Assembly: GCA_964548275.1 (NCBI GenBank)
Contig: CAZJQI010000015.1
Span: forward strand, 6,842 to 70,841
Direction of reading: 5' to 3'
Source of the DNA: an uncultured Gemmatimonadales bacterium
GTDB lineage: Bacteria; Gemmatimonadota; Glassbacteria; GWA2-58-10
Length of the DNA: 64,000 nt
The notes beneath the pieces were generated by a model that saw only the letters and a program-made list of their open reading frames with translations, was not told the DNA's origin and did no database searches. Position 1 is the first letter of the stretch; each line of letters begins with the position of its first letter. Positions 1-9,683 of this stretch are shown here, piece after piece. A program made the position numbers and the translations under genes.

Positions 1-7
1 CTTTTTT

Positions 8-82
8 TATTTTGAGTTTGAGAAAATGGTTTTCGCTGGAGCGGAAAAAAGGGTTAAATTTTGTCCGAGAGCTTAGAATCCT
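8..82 (+). repeat. Copy 1 of a ~75 bp promoter-proximal repeat (TTTGAGTTTGAGAAA..palindrome..TAAATTTTGTCC) directly after a T-tract
   Basis: Near-identical second copy at ~582-652. The internal palindrome differs between copies (cgctggagcg here, cctcgaggcg there) but stays palindromic in both. Lies upstream of the small lipoprotein CDS. Confidence 0.5.
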
Positions 83-253
83 TTTTGAAATATTTGGACG
101 GTATTTTATATTATCCTATTTGACACTACTGAGTTGATGCGTTATATTTAATTAATACATCATTAGAAACAAGGAATGAAGAGTAGTAAGCGGATATTTC
201 ATATGAATCTATCGCGAATTTTGTGTCTACTCCACTCTGCATGGAGTTGCACA

Positions 254-460
254 ATGAAGAAAATACTTCTTGTTCCCGCTTTATTAGCAGTTTTTTTGGT
301 GAGCTGTGGCGAAGAGACCTCTTCTTATGGTACCAATCCTCTTGGGCCTGGATCCGGCGGCACCACCACAACGCAGAACAATACTAATGCTCAGAACAAT
401 ACTAATGATGTAACGGGTGATACGGTTGTAACAAGGGAGCACGAAGTGGGAGGGAATTAG
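254..460 (+). CDS. small secreted lipoprotein with a T/N/G-rich low-complexity tail (hypothetical)
   Basis: Internal ATG of ORF 176..460 gives MKKILLVPALLAVFLVSCGEE, a signal peptide plus lipobox (LVSC). Followed by a hairpin and T-tract terminator. Confidence 0.5.
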   Translation: MKKILLVPALLAVFLVSCGEETSSYGTNPLGPGSGGTTTTQNNTNAQNNTNDVTGDTVVTREHEVGGN

Positions 461-548
461 AATACAAAGCAGGATAATTAATATTATTCTTGTTTCAGCT
501 TTAGAAAGTCATGCCAGAAAACCCTTTAAAATAGAATTCTAAATAAAA

Positions 549-580
549 GCCAGACACAATATATAGTGTTTGGCTTTTTT
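549..580 (+). terminator. rho-independent terminator downstream of the small lipoprotein gene
   Basis: Stem gccagacac / gtgtttggc with an 8 nt loop, followed by TTTTTT. Confidence 0.55.
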
Positions 581-581
581 C

Positions 582-652
582 ATTTTGAGTTTGAGAAAGT
601 GATTTTCCTCGAGGCGAAAAAGTATTAAATTTTGTCCAGGCGCTTAGACAGC
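582..652 (+). repeat. Copy 2 of the promoter-proximal repeat, upstream of serA
   Basis: Roughly 85% identical to 8-82. Compensatory change inside the palindrome (cctcgagg versus cgctggagcg). Confidence 0.5.
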
Positions 653-721
653 ATTTTACACAATTGAGCATCGGCTCAAAATACAACATGAATAATTTTA
701 ATTTTACCAAAGGAGCGATAG

Positions 722-2305
722 ATGCCGCGGGTGTTGATCGCCACCAAACTGGATTCTGTGGCTGAGGAAGTTCTCCGGGATGCCGGTATCGAGGTCGAAG
801 TGTGTCCGGGACTGGAGGAAGATGCAATGGCGGAAAAGATTCCTGGTTTTGATGGATTGATAGTTCGCAGTGACAGGGTTACCCGAAAAGTGCTTGACTC
901 CGCCAGTGACCTTCAGGCTATTGTCCGGGCAGGAACAGGCGTAAATACTATTGACGTGGCTTATGCCACCAGCAAAAACGTGCAGGTGATGAACACACCG
1001 GGGGCTAACAGCAACTCGGTAGCCGAGTTGGCAGTATCATTTATGCTTGCCGCGTGCAGAAAGCTGGTTTATGCGGACAGTTCAGTGAAAAAGGGATTGT
1101 GGGAGAAATCCAAGCTCATGGGCACCGAACTTCAAGGCAGGGTTCTCGGCATTGTCGGCCTGGGCAATATCGGCTCGCTGGTTGCCGCCAAAGCCAGGGG
1201 GTTCGAGATGAAAATTATCGGATTCGACCCGGTGATCTCCGAATCCAAGGCAGCCGACATGGGAGTTGCGCTCGAGAGTCTCGAGGAGATATTCTCCAGA
1301 GCCGATTTTATCAGTTTCCACGTGCCGCTCAACGACAAAACCCGGGGCATGATCGGCTCCGAGCTTCTGCAACGCCTGAAACCGGGAGCGATGCTGATTA
1401 ACACCGCCAGGGCCGAAATTATCGACCCTCAGGCCCTGGTGGATATTCTCACAAAGCGGGATGACATTCTCGTGGGAACAGATGTGTTCTACGAGGGTGA
1501 TACCGAGGGCGAAAAAGAGCTGGCCCGGATCGGTGACCGGCTGGTCGCAACACCCCACCTGGGAGCCAGCACCAGAGAGGCCAACCGGCGGGCCGCTCTG
1601 GCAGCAGCAGAGGGAATGCGCGATTTCCTGATCAAACGCATGGTGCGCTACCCGGTAAACAACCTCGAGATTCCACCGGACCTGAACCCGCGTTTCCTCG
1701 AGCTGACCCATCTGATCGGGGAAATCGCCTATTACAATATCGGCGGCGACCAGCCGCACGAGGTGCTGATAACCTGTTACGGCAGGCTGAACAAACATAC
1801 CGAATTGCTCACCGGCTACCTTCTCAAGGGCCTGATGGATATCTACCAGATGGAGGTTATCTCGCCCCGTGAGGCCGAAAAGCGTGCCATAGAAAACGGA
1901 ATCAACGTGGTCAGGCGTATTCCCGATGACACAAAAGGTTATGGCGAATCGATGACTATCGATATCCTTTCCAAGAAAGAGGGCTACCGGGAAACCAGTA
2001 TCAGGGGTACGATCACTCAGCAGAGTGAACTGAAAATCAACCGCATCGATACATTTCTCAACCTCGACCTGATCCCGAGCGGCCACATGCTTTTCACCTA
2101 TCAGCAAGACCGGGTGGGGCTGATTAACGACATCAGCTCGGCTCTTTCCCGCGGAGGAATAAATATCCTCAATATCCGGTTTACAACCGACAGGGAGGGG
2201 CGATCGATTGCAGTGCTGCAAACAGAAAAACCGGTACCGGCAAAGATTTTCAGCGAAATAAAACAGGCCGTATCGGCCTACAAGGCTTTCATTATGAAGG
2301 TGTGA
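722..2305 (+). CDS. serA: D-3-phosphoglycerate dehydrogenase (long form with C-terminal regulatory/ACT region)
   Basis: 527 aa. D-isomer 2-hydroxyacid dehydrogenase motifs (GLGNIGSLVA Rossmann loop, catalytic R/E/H region). ATG start with an AGGAG Shine-Dalgarno sequence upstream. Confidence 0.85.
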   Translation: MPRVLIATKLDSVAEEVLRDAGIEVEVCPGLEEDAMAEKIPGFDGLIVRSDRVTRKVLDSASDLQAIVRAGTGVNTIDVAYATSKNVQVMNTPGANSNSVAELAVSFMLAACRKLVYADSSVKKGLWEKSKLMGTELQGRVLGIVGLGNIGSLVAAKARGFEMKIIGFDPVISESKAADMGVALESLEEIFSRADFISFHVPLNDKTRGMIGSELLQRLKPGAMLINTARAEIIDPQALVDILTKRDDILVGTDVFYEGDTEGEKELARIGDRLVATPHLGASTREANRRAALAAAEGMRDFLIKRMVRYPVNNLEIPPDLNPRFLELTHLIGEIAYYNIGGDQPHEVLITCYGRLNKHTELLTGYLLKGLMDIYQMEVISPREAEKRAIENGINVVRRIPDDTKGYGESMTIDILSKKEGYRETSIRGTITQQSELKINRIDTFLNLDLIPSGHMLFTYQQDRVGLINDISSALSRGGINILNIRFTTDREGRSIAVLQTEKPVPAKIFSEIKQAVSAYKAFIMKV

Positions 2306-2357
2306 AAACGGGATAGGGAGATATATTACAAATAACCTCAGCCGGATACTGTGACAG

Positions 2358-3029
2358 ATGAGCAGACGCAGCAGAAAAAGAGCTTCCAACGGCCAGCAGG
2401 GCCGTTCAAAAAATCACGGGCGCACCCGAAAGGCAGGATCCAACGGGGGGAAACCCCCCGAGGGCCAAAAGAGCAACGGCAGGCAGTCAAAAGCCAATAT
2501 GGTGATCCTTCTGGACAGCGACCCGGACTACGTGGAAATGGAATCCAAAGCCGTGGTCAATTACATTTCCGGTTACAATCCGATGGGATTCACCCTGACT
2601 GGCAAAGCGCTCAATTATATCAACAATCCCCGTAACGACGGTAGAATAAGCCTGGTGATTCTGGATATCGAGATGAAGGATGCGGAGGGAAACTCGGTGG
2701 ATGCAGTACTCGAACTTCTGGCCAGGAAGAAGAATATTCCAATTGCCGCGGTCAGCCCAAACAACACCTCGGAAAACGTTCGGCGGCTTCTCGAACTGGG
2801 CAGTTTAGGCTTGCTTCCCAAGGCCTTTACAATGGAAATATTCGTCCGCTTTGTGAAAAATATTCTCCGTCACGGAAGTTCTCCGGCCTGGCAGTGCAAT
2901 AAATGCGGTAAGCTGGTGATTGTGGACCATATCGACATGCTGAAAATGAAGCCGATCAAGTGCACGGATAAGGGTTGCAACTCAACCGATATAATCGAGA
3001 TAAAATTCACATCCCCCGCTAAAGGCTAA
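2358..3029 (+). CDS. CheY-like receiver domain protein with C-terminal zinc-ribbon and an N-terminal basic disordered tail
   Basis: Receiver-domain landmarks: LLDSDPD acidic pocket, LVILDIEMKD phospho-acceptor Asp, the conserved Ser in AAVSP and the conserved Lys in LPKAF. C-terminus has CNKCGK...CTDKGC. The first ~47 aa are R/K/G/S/N-rich. An alternative start at MVILLD (~2499) is possible. Confidence 0.55.
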   Translation: MSRRSRKRASNGQQGRSKNHGRTRKAGSNGGKPPEGQKSNGRQSKANMVILLDSDPDYVEMESKAVVNYISGYNPMGFTLTGKALNYINNPRNDGRISLVILDIEMKDAEGNSVDAVLELLARKKNIPIAAVSPNNTSENVRRLLELGSLGLLPKAFTMEIFVRFVKNILRHGSSPAWQCNKCGKLVIVDHIDMLKMKPIKCTDKGCNSTDIIEIKFTSPAKG

Positions 3030-3062
3030 TACCCGGCGGTAGAGAGCTTTTTATCTTTTCGT

Positions 3063-4052
3063 TCAGCCGAATTTGACATTCTTACCCGCCAGCACCGCTT
3101 CGGCAATTTCCACAGACTGGAGGCAATCTGCCAGAGAGGGTTGAGGACGGTCTCCCCCGGCAAGGCAAGCGATAAAATGCTCCACCTCTCCCAGGAAACC
3201 TGTAATCTCCAGATGGTCGCGCATGGATTCCGGCCAGAGACGGTTGTCCTGGATAAAATGCCGCTTTCTGCCCTCGAAAAACAGAAGCCTTCCCGGATAG
3301 TCCACTGTCCAGTCAAGCGGGGCCTCCAGCGTGATAGTCCAATTGTTGCCGTGAACCGTATAGCGTTCGGCTTCCATTCCTGTTTCGGGAAGGATTGAAA
3401 GCCTGCCCGGCAGGCCCGATTCGAAATCGAATTCCACAATATAAGCCGGAGCCTTGTTTGCCGCCAACTCGAGCTTTTTCACCCTCAACCCGGCAACATC
3501 CCCTCCCAGATAACGCATCAGGTCAATCGCGTGCACGGCTGTGCCGAAAGCGAATTCCGGCTCTGTCCGCTCGTGACGAAGCATTTCGGCACTCAGCAAT
3601 TGCGGCGGCCGTTCTGCATGTTCGATCAGTTCTTTCATGCGCCGGGCCAGCGGCATGAACCTTCGGTTGAGCGCCACCAGGTTTGCCACCCCGTGTTTTT
3701 CAGCCGCTGAGATCAGCTCGCGCACCTCGCTGCTGTCCGCCCCCGGCGGTTTCTCCAGCAGAACAGGGATTCTGCGCCGGATAAACTGAAGCGCCACTTT
3801 TTTCATGTTTCCCGGATCGACCAGGATACACGCCCCGTGAAGTTTCTCGCTGACAATCATCTCGCCGGTGTCTGTGTAAGCCTTGCCGAACCCGAATCGG
3901 CTGGCCAGCTCGCGCGCCCTTTCTTCCTTCATGTCGCAGATCGCCGCGAGTTCCAGTTGCGGGTATTTTTCCTTCAATCGAGTCAATGACGGGCAGTGAT
4001 ACGTTCGACTGATATACCCGGCGCCCACAACTCCGATGCGCAAGCTTTTCAT
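3063..4052 (-). CDS. Gfo/Idh/MocA family NAD(P)-dependent oxidoreductase
   Basis: 329 aa. N-terminal IGVVGAGYISRTYH Rossmann motif and EKP motif typical of the family. Confidence 0.8.
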   Translation of the reverse strand: MKSLRIGVVGAGYISRTYHCPSLTRLKEKYPQLELAAICDMKEERARELASRFGFGKAYTDTGEMIVSEKLHGACILVDPGNMKKVALQFIRRRIPVLLEKPPGADSSEVRELISAAEKHGVANLVALNRRFMPLARRMKELIEHAERPPQLLSAEMLRHERTEPEFAFGTAVHAIDLMRYLGGDVAGLRVKKLELAANKAPAYIVEFDFESGLPGRLSILPETGMEAERYTVHGNNWTITLEAPLDWTVDYPGRLLFFEGRKRHFIQDNRLWPESMRDHLEITGFLGEVEHFIACLAGGDRPQPSLADCLQSVEIAEAVLAGKNVKFG

Positions 4053-4079
4053 TTTTTCTCCCCTGAAACCTGGTCGGAT

Positions 4080-4274
4080 TCAGCTGTTGCACTTGACAAA
4101 GTAGCTTATCGAGCGGTTGTAGGTCCGCTCCTGGGTGTCTGTAAAATAGCAGGCGGGCAGTTCGCCCAGCCGGCGGTGGTAGATTATACACTCGCAGCAC
4201 TTGCCCTTGCGGCTGCACGGCTCATAGGTGCAGTTGCAGATCGACAGGTTTTGCTCCAGATTGTCGCAGGCCAT
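4080..4274 (-). CDS. small cysteine-rich protein (DUF6485-like)
   Basis: 64 aa with [32 protein letters not shown], recalled as matching the DUF6485 small-protein pattern. ATG start. Sits 4 codons from the oxidoreductase start, so probably co-transcribed. Confidence 0.5.
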   Translation of the reverse strand: MACDNLEQNLSICNCTYEPCSRKGKCCECIIYHRRLGELPACYFTDTQERTYNRSISYFVKCNS

Positions 4275-4487
4275 GGATAGCTCTCCTTGCGTAGATAGTA
4301 ACTGGAATGTATCAGTTAGAATGTGCAGATGGAATCTGAAATCTAAGCGAACAATCCACGAATTTCAAGAATCATGGATTTTTTAAGCTTAATACAGTCC
4401 TTGCGGGGTGTAGAGAGGCGGTTTAAATTCCAGTTTAATCCGGCCGAAGACATTCCGGAATTCCTACCTTAATCCAGGGGGCAGTAT

Positions 4488-6212
4488 TTGCAGAATCTTC
4501 GCCTGGGTGACTGGTTGATGATCCTGGTGTACAGTGCACTGATGGTTGTAATCGGAATCTACTGTGCACGTTACGCCCGCAAGGGAGTGAACTATTTCGC
4601 CGGCGGAAGGAAAGTTCCCTGGTGGCTGTCCGGGATATCGAGTTGGATGGGCGCATTCAGCGCCTATGTTTTTGTCGGCCTCGCCTCTGCCGTGTACGAG
4701 GTGGGACTGGCAGTCCTGTATCACCTCCTCTACGCCATGGCTTTCGCCTGGTTCGTCGGATCCCTTCTCTGGGCGGACAGGTGGCGCCGTACCGGCATTA
4801 TCACCGTGCCGGAATACATGGAAAAACGCTTCAACCTGGCCACCCGCCAGGTTTTCGCCTGGATCGTGACCCCTTTCCGTATCGCCGATGACGGGGTCAA
4901 GTGCTACGCCACGGCAAAGATTATCGCCTTCGTTTTCGGCATCCCCTCCTGGCTCAGTATTATCGGACTCTCCCTGGTGACAATTGCCTACACGATGATC
5001 GGCGGGCTGTGGGCCGTGATGATTACCGACATGGTTCAGTTCCTGATTCTGATCCTGGTCATTTTCGTGGTGGTTCCGGTGGGCCTGGCCAAGGTGGGCT
5101 GGCTCACCGGGCTGGCCGCGGGCGCGCCGGAGCATTTTTTCCGGGGTTTCCACGATCCGGGCAGTTTCCACGGCGATTTCACGCTACTTTATTTCGTGGC
5201 GATGTGGCTGATGCACCCGTTTCTCTATAACGGGAGTTTCACCCTCGTGCAGCGTTATACCACCGTGCCCACTCCGCGCGATGCCCGAAGGAGCGCGAGG
5301 CTTTCGATGTGGCTCGGCCTGATCTTCTTCCCGCTCCTTGTCGTCCCGCCAATAATCAGCCGCGTACTTTACGGCGATGCGCTGATGGGCAGTCCGGCCC
5401 TGATGGAGACCAGCTACATCAAGCTTTGTGTCGACCTGCTGCCTGTGGGTATGATTGGGGTGGTGGTCGTAGCCATCATGGCCGCTACGATGAGCGCCCT
5501 CTCGGCAGACTACAATATCTACGGTGCGGTGCTGACCAACGATCTCTATCACCGCTTGATCAACCCTGAAGCCTCCCAGCGCAGAATTGCAATAGTCGGT
5601 AAGTTCTGCACCATGCTGGTCGGCGGGCTGGCCCTTCTTCTGGCGCTAGGCGTGGAGTCCATGGGCGGGGCGTTCACGGTGATGATGACAATCCTCGGCA
5701 TGATTGGCGGGCCGACCACGATCCCGATCCTGCTCGGCCTGTGGATCAGGCGTCCGGCCTCCGGTGCGGCGATTGCTGCGGTCGCGAGCGGGATCGTTTT
5801 CGGCGCCCTGGCCAAATGGGTCTGGGGTTTTGCCTACGCCCCATTCGTGCTGGGCAATATGGCCGTGACCGCTGTGGTCTTTCTGGCCTGGGGCTGGCTC
5901 TGGCCCGCCCGGGGCGAGATGAAAGAAAAAATCGAGCTTTTATTCCAACGTATGCTCCGCGGGCAAGGGATTCGGCAGAGCGATGAGGAAGCTGTCGAAG
6001 ACGAGCCTGCTGGCGAAAAGGAGGCTGACCAGGCTCCGTCGCCTTTCGCCATTGTCGGGGTGATTATCGGGGTGATCGGCCTTGCTCTCGGAGCTGTGGG
6101 CCTGTTTTCCGGCACTGATTTCGGAGTGACGATCAACGGTGTGGTCTCCCTGGTCATGCTTGTTCTCGCCGGAATCATGGTGCGCTTCGGCAAGACGATT
6201 GCCAGTAATTAA
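4488..6212 (+). CDS. sodium:solute symporter family (SSF) transporter
   Basis: 574 aa, multi-pass membrane protein with a GGR(K) motif near the N-terminus typical of SSF. The track start at 4488 is TTG. The first ATG (MILVYSAL) is at 4518. Confidence 0.75.
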   Translation: MQNLRLGDWLMILVYSALMVVIGIYCARYARKGVNYFAGGRKVPWWLSGISSWMGAFSAYVFVGLASAVYEVGLAVLYHLLYAMAFAWFVGSLLWADRWRRTGIITVPEYMEKRFNLATRQVFAWIVTPFRIADDGVKCYATAKIIAFVFGIPSWLSIIGLSLVTIAYTMIGGLWAVMITDMVQFLILILVIFVVVPVGLAKVGWLTGLAAGAPEHFFRGFHDPGSFHGDFTLLYFVAMWLMHPFLYNGSFTLVQRYTTVPTPRDARRSARLSMWLGLIFFPLLVVPPIISRVLYGDALMGSPALMETSYIKLCVDLLPVGMIGVVVVAIMAATMSALSADYNIYGAVLTNDLYHRLINPEASQRRIAIVGKFCTMLVGGLALLLALGVESMGGAFTVMMTILGMIGGPTTIPILLGLWIRRPASGAAIAAVASGIVFGALAKWVWGFAYAPFVLGNMAVTAVVFLAWGWLWPARGEMKEKIELLFQRMLRGQGIRQSDEEAVEDEPAGEKEADQAPSPFAIVGVIIGVIGLALGAVGLFSGTDFGVTINGVVSLVMLVLAGIMVRFGKTIASN

Positions 6213-6304
6213 CTCCTATTTGATCCATAAAATAGGCTAATCATCAATACATATAAACTCACTTCGGGCAATATTCCATAAGTGATTGAGGACGGCTTAA
6301 GCTC

Positions 6305-8410
6305 ATGCATTGGCTGGATTTCACGGTAATTATCATTTACATGTTCGGAGTTGCCGGTATCGGTATCTGGACGATGCGTTCGATCCGCAACACCGAGGAC
6401 TTTTTCCTCGGCGGCAGAGGTTTCGGCAAGGTTTTCTCCATTTTCCTTCAGTTCGGAGCCGGCACAAGTTCCGACATGCCGGTCAGCGTCTCACGGGAAT
6501 CGTTCCGCAACGGGATGAGCGGCATCTGGGCCGTGCTGCTCTGGCTGTTTATCACTCCCTTCTACTGGATAATCGGCCCCTGGTATCGGCGGCTGCGTCT
6601 GGTGACAATCGGCGATTATTTCACCGAACGCTTCCAGAACAAGGCTCTGGGGGCTGCCTACGCTACGTTTTCGGTTTTCTATTTCATGTACTACATCGCG
6701 ATCGGTCTGACTGCAGTAGGCAAAACGGTTGAGGTGCTCACGCCGCGGCCGGAGAGTACGTACACGGCTGAGGAGGCCGAAAACGTGACGCGCTACCGGC
6801 GCTACGTGGAGCTTGAAAAGCTGCGCCTGGACGGAAAAACTCATACCCCCGCAGAACTGAACGAATACCGGCTGCTGCAGGAAAAAAAGGCCTCTGGCGA
6901 GATCCGCAGCGGGTATTCGTATATCTCGAGCCGCACGATAGTGCCGGGGATGGCCCTGGTGATCCTGATCTACTCGATGCTCGGCGGGCTGAAAGCCGCG
7001 GTAATTACCGATTTCATCCAGGGCGTGCTGATTATCTTTCTCTCCTTTGTCATCATCCCGTTCGGCCTGAGAGCAACTGGCTGGTTCTCCGGCCTTCATG
7101 AAAACGTTCCCGAGCACATGTTCAACCTGCTGGGCAGCGCGCAGACCAGCGATTATACCCTGCTGTTCGTTTTTTCGATAATCCTGATCAATCTCGTGGG
7201 TATAGTCGTTCAGCCGCATATCATGCAGACCGGCGGGGGCGCGGCAGTGGATGAGATGAGCGCACGGGTCGGCCTGACATACGGGAACTACCTCAAGAGA
7301 TTCTGCACAGTGGGCTGGGCCCTGGTCGGGGTGATCGGCTACGCCCTTTATGCGCACGAGGTTTCCGACCCGGACATGATCTGGGGCTACGCGACAATGA
7401 AACTCCTGCCCGCCGGCCTGGTGGGCTTAATGATCGCCGCCTTGCTTGCTGCGATCATGTCCAGCGCGGATGCTTTCATGGTCAGCGGCTCGGCGCTTTT
7501 CACCATGAACCTCTACCGTCCCTGGCGCCCGGCCAGCTCCGATGCCCACCTGGTTTGGGTCGGCCGGCTTACCACGGCTTTTATTATCATCGGCGGGGTG
7601 CTGCTCTCCCAGCTCTTCCACAGTGTAATCGTACTGCTTAAATATATCTGGACCCTGCCGGTGATTTTCGGGGCGAGTTTCTGGCTGAGTTTCCTCTGGC
7701 GCAGAGTGAGTGCAGCCGCAGCCTGGAGCGCGATAATTTTTTCACTCACTTTTTCTTTCCTCCTGCCGGTACTGCTGCCCCAGGTCAATAGTATTGCCAG
7801 CTCTCCAGAGCTTCTTACCGGCACAAGACCCTCTTTTGTCGAGGTCCATGTCGGGGCCGACTCAGAAGATGTCGCCGAAGGCCGCGCTCTGAAAACCGGC
7901 GAGCTTATCACCAAAAGAATAACCGTACCCTCCACACCGATTTATTTCGAGGAAAAGGTGCGCGAGAACCCTGATGATCCGGATTCGCAATACCGGGGAA
8001 GCGGGAAATTCAGGCTCGGTGTCTGGGTTCTTTCCCGGCTGGGAGTTGATTTTTCAACCAGCTCGCGTTCCACACTCGAGGCGCTTACTTTTCTGCTCGA
8101 TGCAATCCTGCCGTTTTTTCTCCTCCTGCTGGTGAGCTTCCTTACCGCTCCGGTGTCAAAGGTTGCCCTGGACCGGTTTTACGCACGGGTGCATACCCCG
8201 GTGCAGCGGGACAGCCAACTCGACCGCCGGGAGGTGGAGCGCTCCTACGCCGACACGAACCGTTTCCGGGACAAGCTCTGGTTCCCGGGCACGAACTGGG
8301 AGATGTTAAAACCCAACCGCACAGACATCATAGGTTTCCTGCTCGCCGCGCTGGTGGCTGCTGGAATCATGGCTCTGGTTTTCGGTGTGGCCGCCATCCG
8401 CTGGCCGTGA
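6305..8410 (+). CDS. sodium:solute symporter family transporter, long form with internal hydrophilic insert and extended C-terminus
   Basis: 701 aa. N-terminus FLGGRGFG...GMSGIWAVLLW is typical of SSF. A ~75 aa charged insert (TPRPESTYTAEEAEN...) and a C-terminal extension with extra transmembrane segments. Confidence 0.7.
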   Translation: MHWLDFTVIIIYMFGVAGIGIWTMRSIRNTEDFFLGGRGFGKVFSIFLQFGAGTSSDMPVSVSRESFRNGMSGIWAVLLWLFITPFYWIIGPWYRRLRLVTIGDYFTERFQNKALGAAYATFSVFYFMYYIAIGLTAVGKTVEVLTPRPESTYTAEEAENVTRYRRYVELEKLRLDGKTHTPAELNEYRLLQEKKASGEIRSGYSYISSRTIVPGMALVILIYSMLGGLKAAVITDFIQGVLIIFLSFVIIPFGLRATGWFSGLHENVPEHMFNLLGSAQTSDYTLLFVFSIILINLVGIVVQPHIMQTGGGAAVDEMSARVGLTYGNYLKRFCTVGWALVGVIGYALYAHEVSDPDMIWGYATMKLLPAGLVGLMIAALLAAIMSSADAFMVSGSALFTMNLYRPWRPASSDAHLVWVGRLTTAFIIIGGVLLSQLFHSVIVLLKYIWTLPVIFGASFWLSFLWRRVSAAAAWSAIIFSLTFSFLLPVLLPQVNSIASSPELLTGTRPSFVEVHVGADSEDVAEGRALKTGELITKRITVPSTPIYFEEKVRENPDDPDSQYRGSGKFRLGVWVLSRLGVDFSTSSRSTLEALTFLLDAILPFFLLLLVSFLTAPVSKVALDRFYARVHTPVQRDSQLDRREVERSYADTNRFRDKLWFPGTNWEMLKPNRTDIIGFLLAALVAAGIMALVFGVAAIRWP

Positions 8411-8664
8411 GCCGAACAAAGCCGCAGGCAAGGGGCCGGAGGACGTGGCTGAGGGCGTGAGGATTGCCAAAAAGGAGAAGTTATTCAGCTTTACAAAGAG
8501 CCGTATCCTGACACTCGATTACTAGCCGCTGAATTTACAGAATAATGATCGAAACTGGATTAGAAAACTGTCTCACCTGGGGCAGCTTTCTAATTTATCT
8601 CCCCGTATTTTGGAGAATCTCTTTGTAAAGGGGAAAACTCGAAAGGTCAGTTATCAAAGTGTGC

Positions 8665-9216
8665 TCAGGTTTTGATCATCCGCTCTTTTATCTTGACCAG
8701 TTCCCTGTTGTATTCTAGCTCGCTCTCGGCCTGGGCAATCGCATGCTGCATCTTTCTTATTTCTGCCTCCTTTTCCTCAGTTGTTTTGCCCAGGTTATCC
8801 ACATCTTCCTGAAGTTCCTGCGCTCGTCCGCTCAGCTCGGTCAGCTTTTCCCGGTTCAGTTTCAGCCTGTTGTTCAGCAGATTCAATTCCTGATCGGTGG
8901 TCGTACTCTGGTCGATAGTTTTCTGGATGGAATCCTTTTCCTCCTCAACTTCCTGGATTTCTTTCGCCACCTGGACCAGTTCTTCCTTTTTCATATTGTA
9001 ATAATGTTTGTTTTCCGTAAGCTGATTTTCTACTTCATAGAGAAGCTTGCGCAGATTGTTTAGCTTTTCGCGGGATTCCTCGAGGCGGCGCTGTGCCGAA
9101 ATGAGTTCCATCTCCTTGCGGCGCCTGGTATCTTCCATCTTTTTCTGGATCAGAAGCCCTAAAAAAAGAATCACGCAGAGGCCCAATACGACAGCAACGG
9201 CATAAACATGAACCAT
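8665..9216 (-). CDS. membrane-anchored coiled-coil protein (hypothetical)
   Basis: Internal ATG gives MVHVYAVAVVLGLCVILFLGLLI, one transmembrane helix. The remainder is heptad-rich and E/K/L/Q-rich coiled coil. Confidence 0.5.
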   Translation of the reverse strand: MVHVYAVAVVLGLCVILFLGLLIQKKMEDTRRRKEMELISAQRRLEESREKLNNLRKLLYEVENQLTENKHYYNMKKEELVQVAKEIQEVEEEKDSIQKTIDQSTTTDQELNLLNNRLKLNREKLTELSGRAQELQEDVDNLGKTTEEKEAEIRKMQHAIAQAESELEYNRELVKIKERMIKT

Positions 9217-9515
9217 TTTGAACCGATCCGGTGCTCTGAGAAATATTATTCCGTGTGAAAGGCAGGAACCGCTTGAGTCTACTGAAACATAGCATTTTGC
9301 TATATAATACGGCAAGGCCAGGTACAAGTCAAATTAAAAGTATGCTATGGCGGCTCAAAATATGGATGGCGGTAACTTGGAGGGATAAATCGATTCCGGT
9401 TGCAAGCATTTCCTGATCGGTTTTTCCTTAATTTCTTAATTTCCTGATATCATAGTCGCTCTGAAATAAGACAGAATCCACTCACTTGCCCGGGCGAAAG
9501 GAAAGTTTTACATGT

Positions 9516-9683
9516 TTAAAGGACGAAATCGCTGAAAAACTCATTTTCATTAAAGGTAGCGGTGATATCGTCATCGATCAGCACCATTATTTTCCCGTTC
9601 TTACGCTCCAGCACGGTAACCACGCCGAATTTCGTGTCGATTTTGTCGAATTTCCGCACTTTGCTTGCGCTCGTTCTTGGCAT
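9516..9683 (-). CDS. possible small ORF (55 aa) not in the >=60 aa track
   Basis: Translates as MPRTSASKVRKFDKIDTKFGVVTVLERKNGKIMVLIDDDITATFNENEFFSDFVL with a GGAGG-like Shine-Dalgarno sequence (gaggagatcttccg-ATG) upstream. No homolog recognised. Confidence 0.3.
   Translation of the reverse strand: MPRTSASKVRKFDKIDTKFGVVTVLERKNGKIMVLIDDDITATFNENEFFSDFVL

Noticed and set aside
1082-2389. 435 aa ORF antisense to serA
   Set aside because: Lies entirely within a confidently identified serA reading frame; typical long antisense frame in GC-rich coding DNA.
3700-5171. Antisense/alternate-frame ORFs (3700..4218-, 4464..5171-, 4622..4891+ etc.) over the oxidoreductase and symporter genes
   Set aside because: Low-complexity R/P/G-rich translations overlapping well-supported genes.
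8411-8664. 254 bp gap between the symporter and the coiled-coil gene, scanned for sRNA or terminator
   Set aside because: No convincing hairpin plus T-tract or conserved motif visible.
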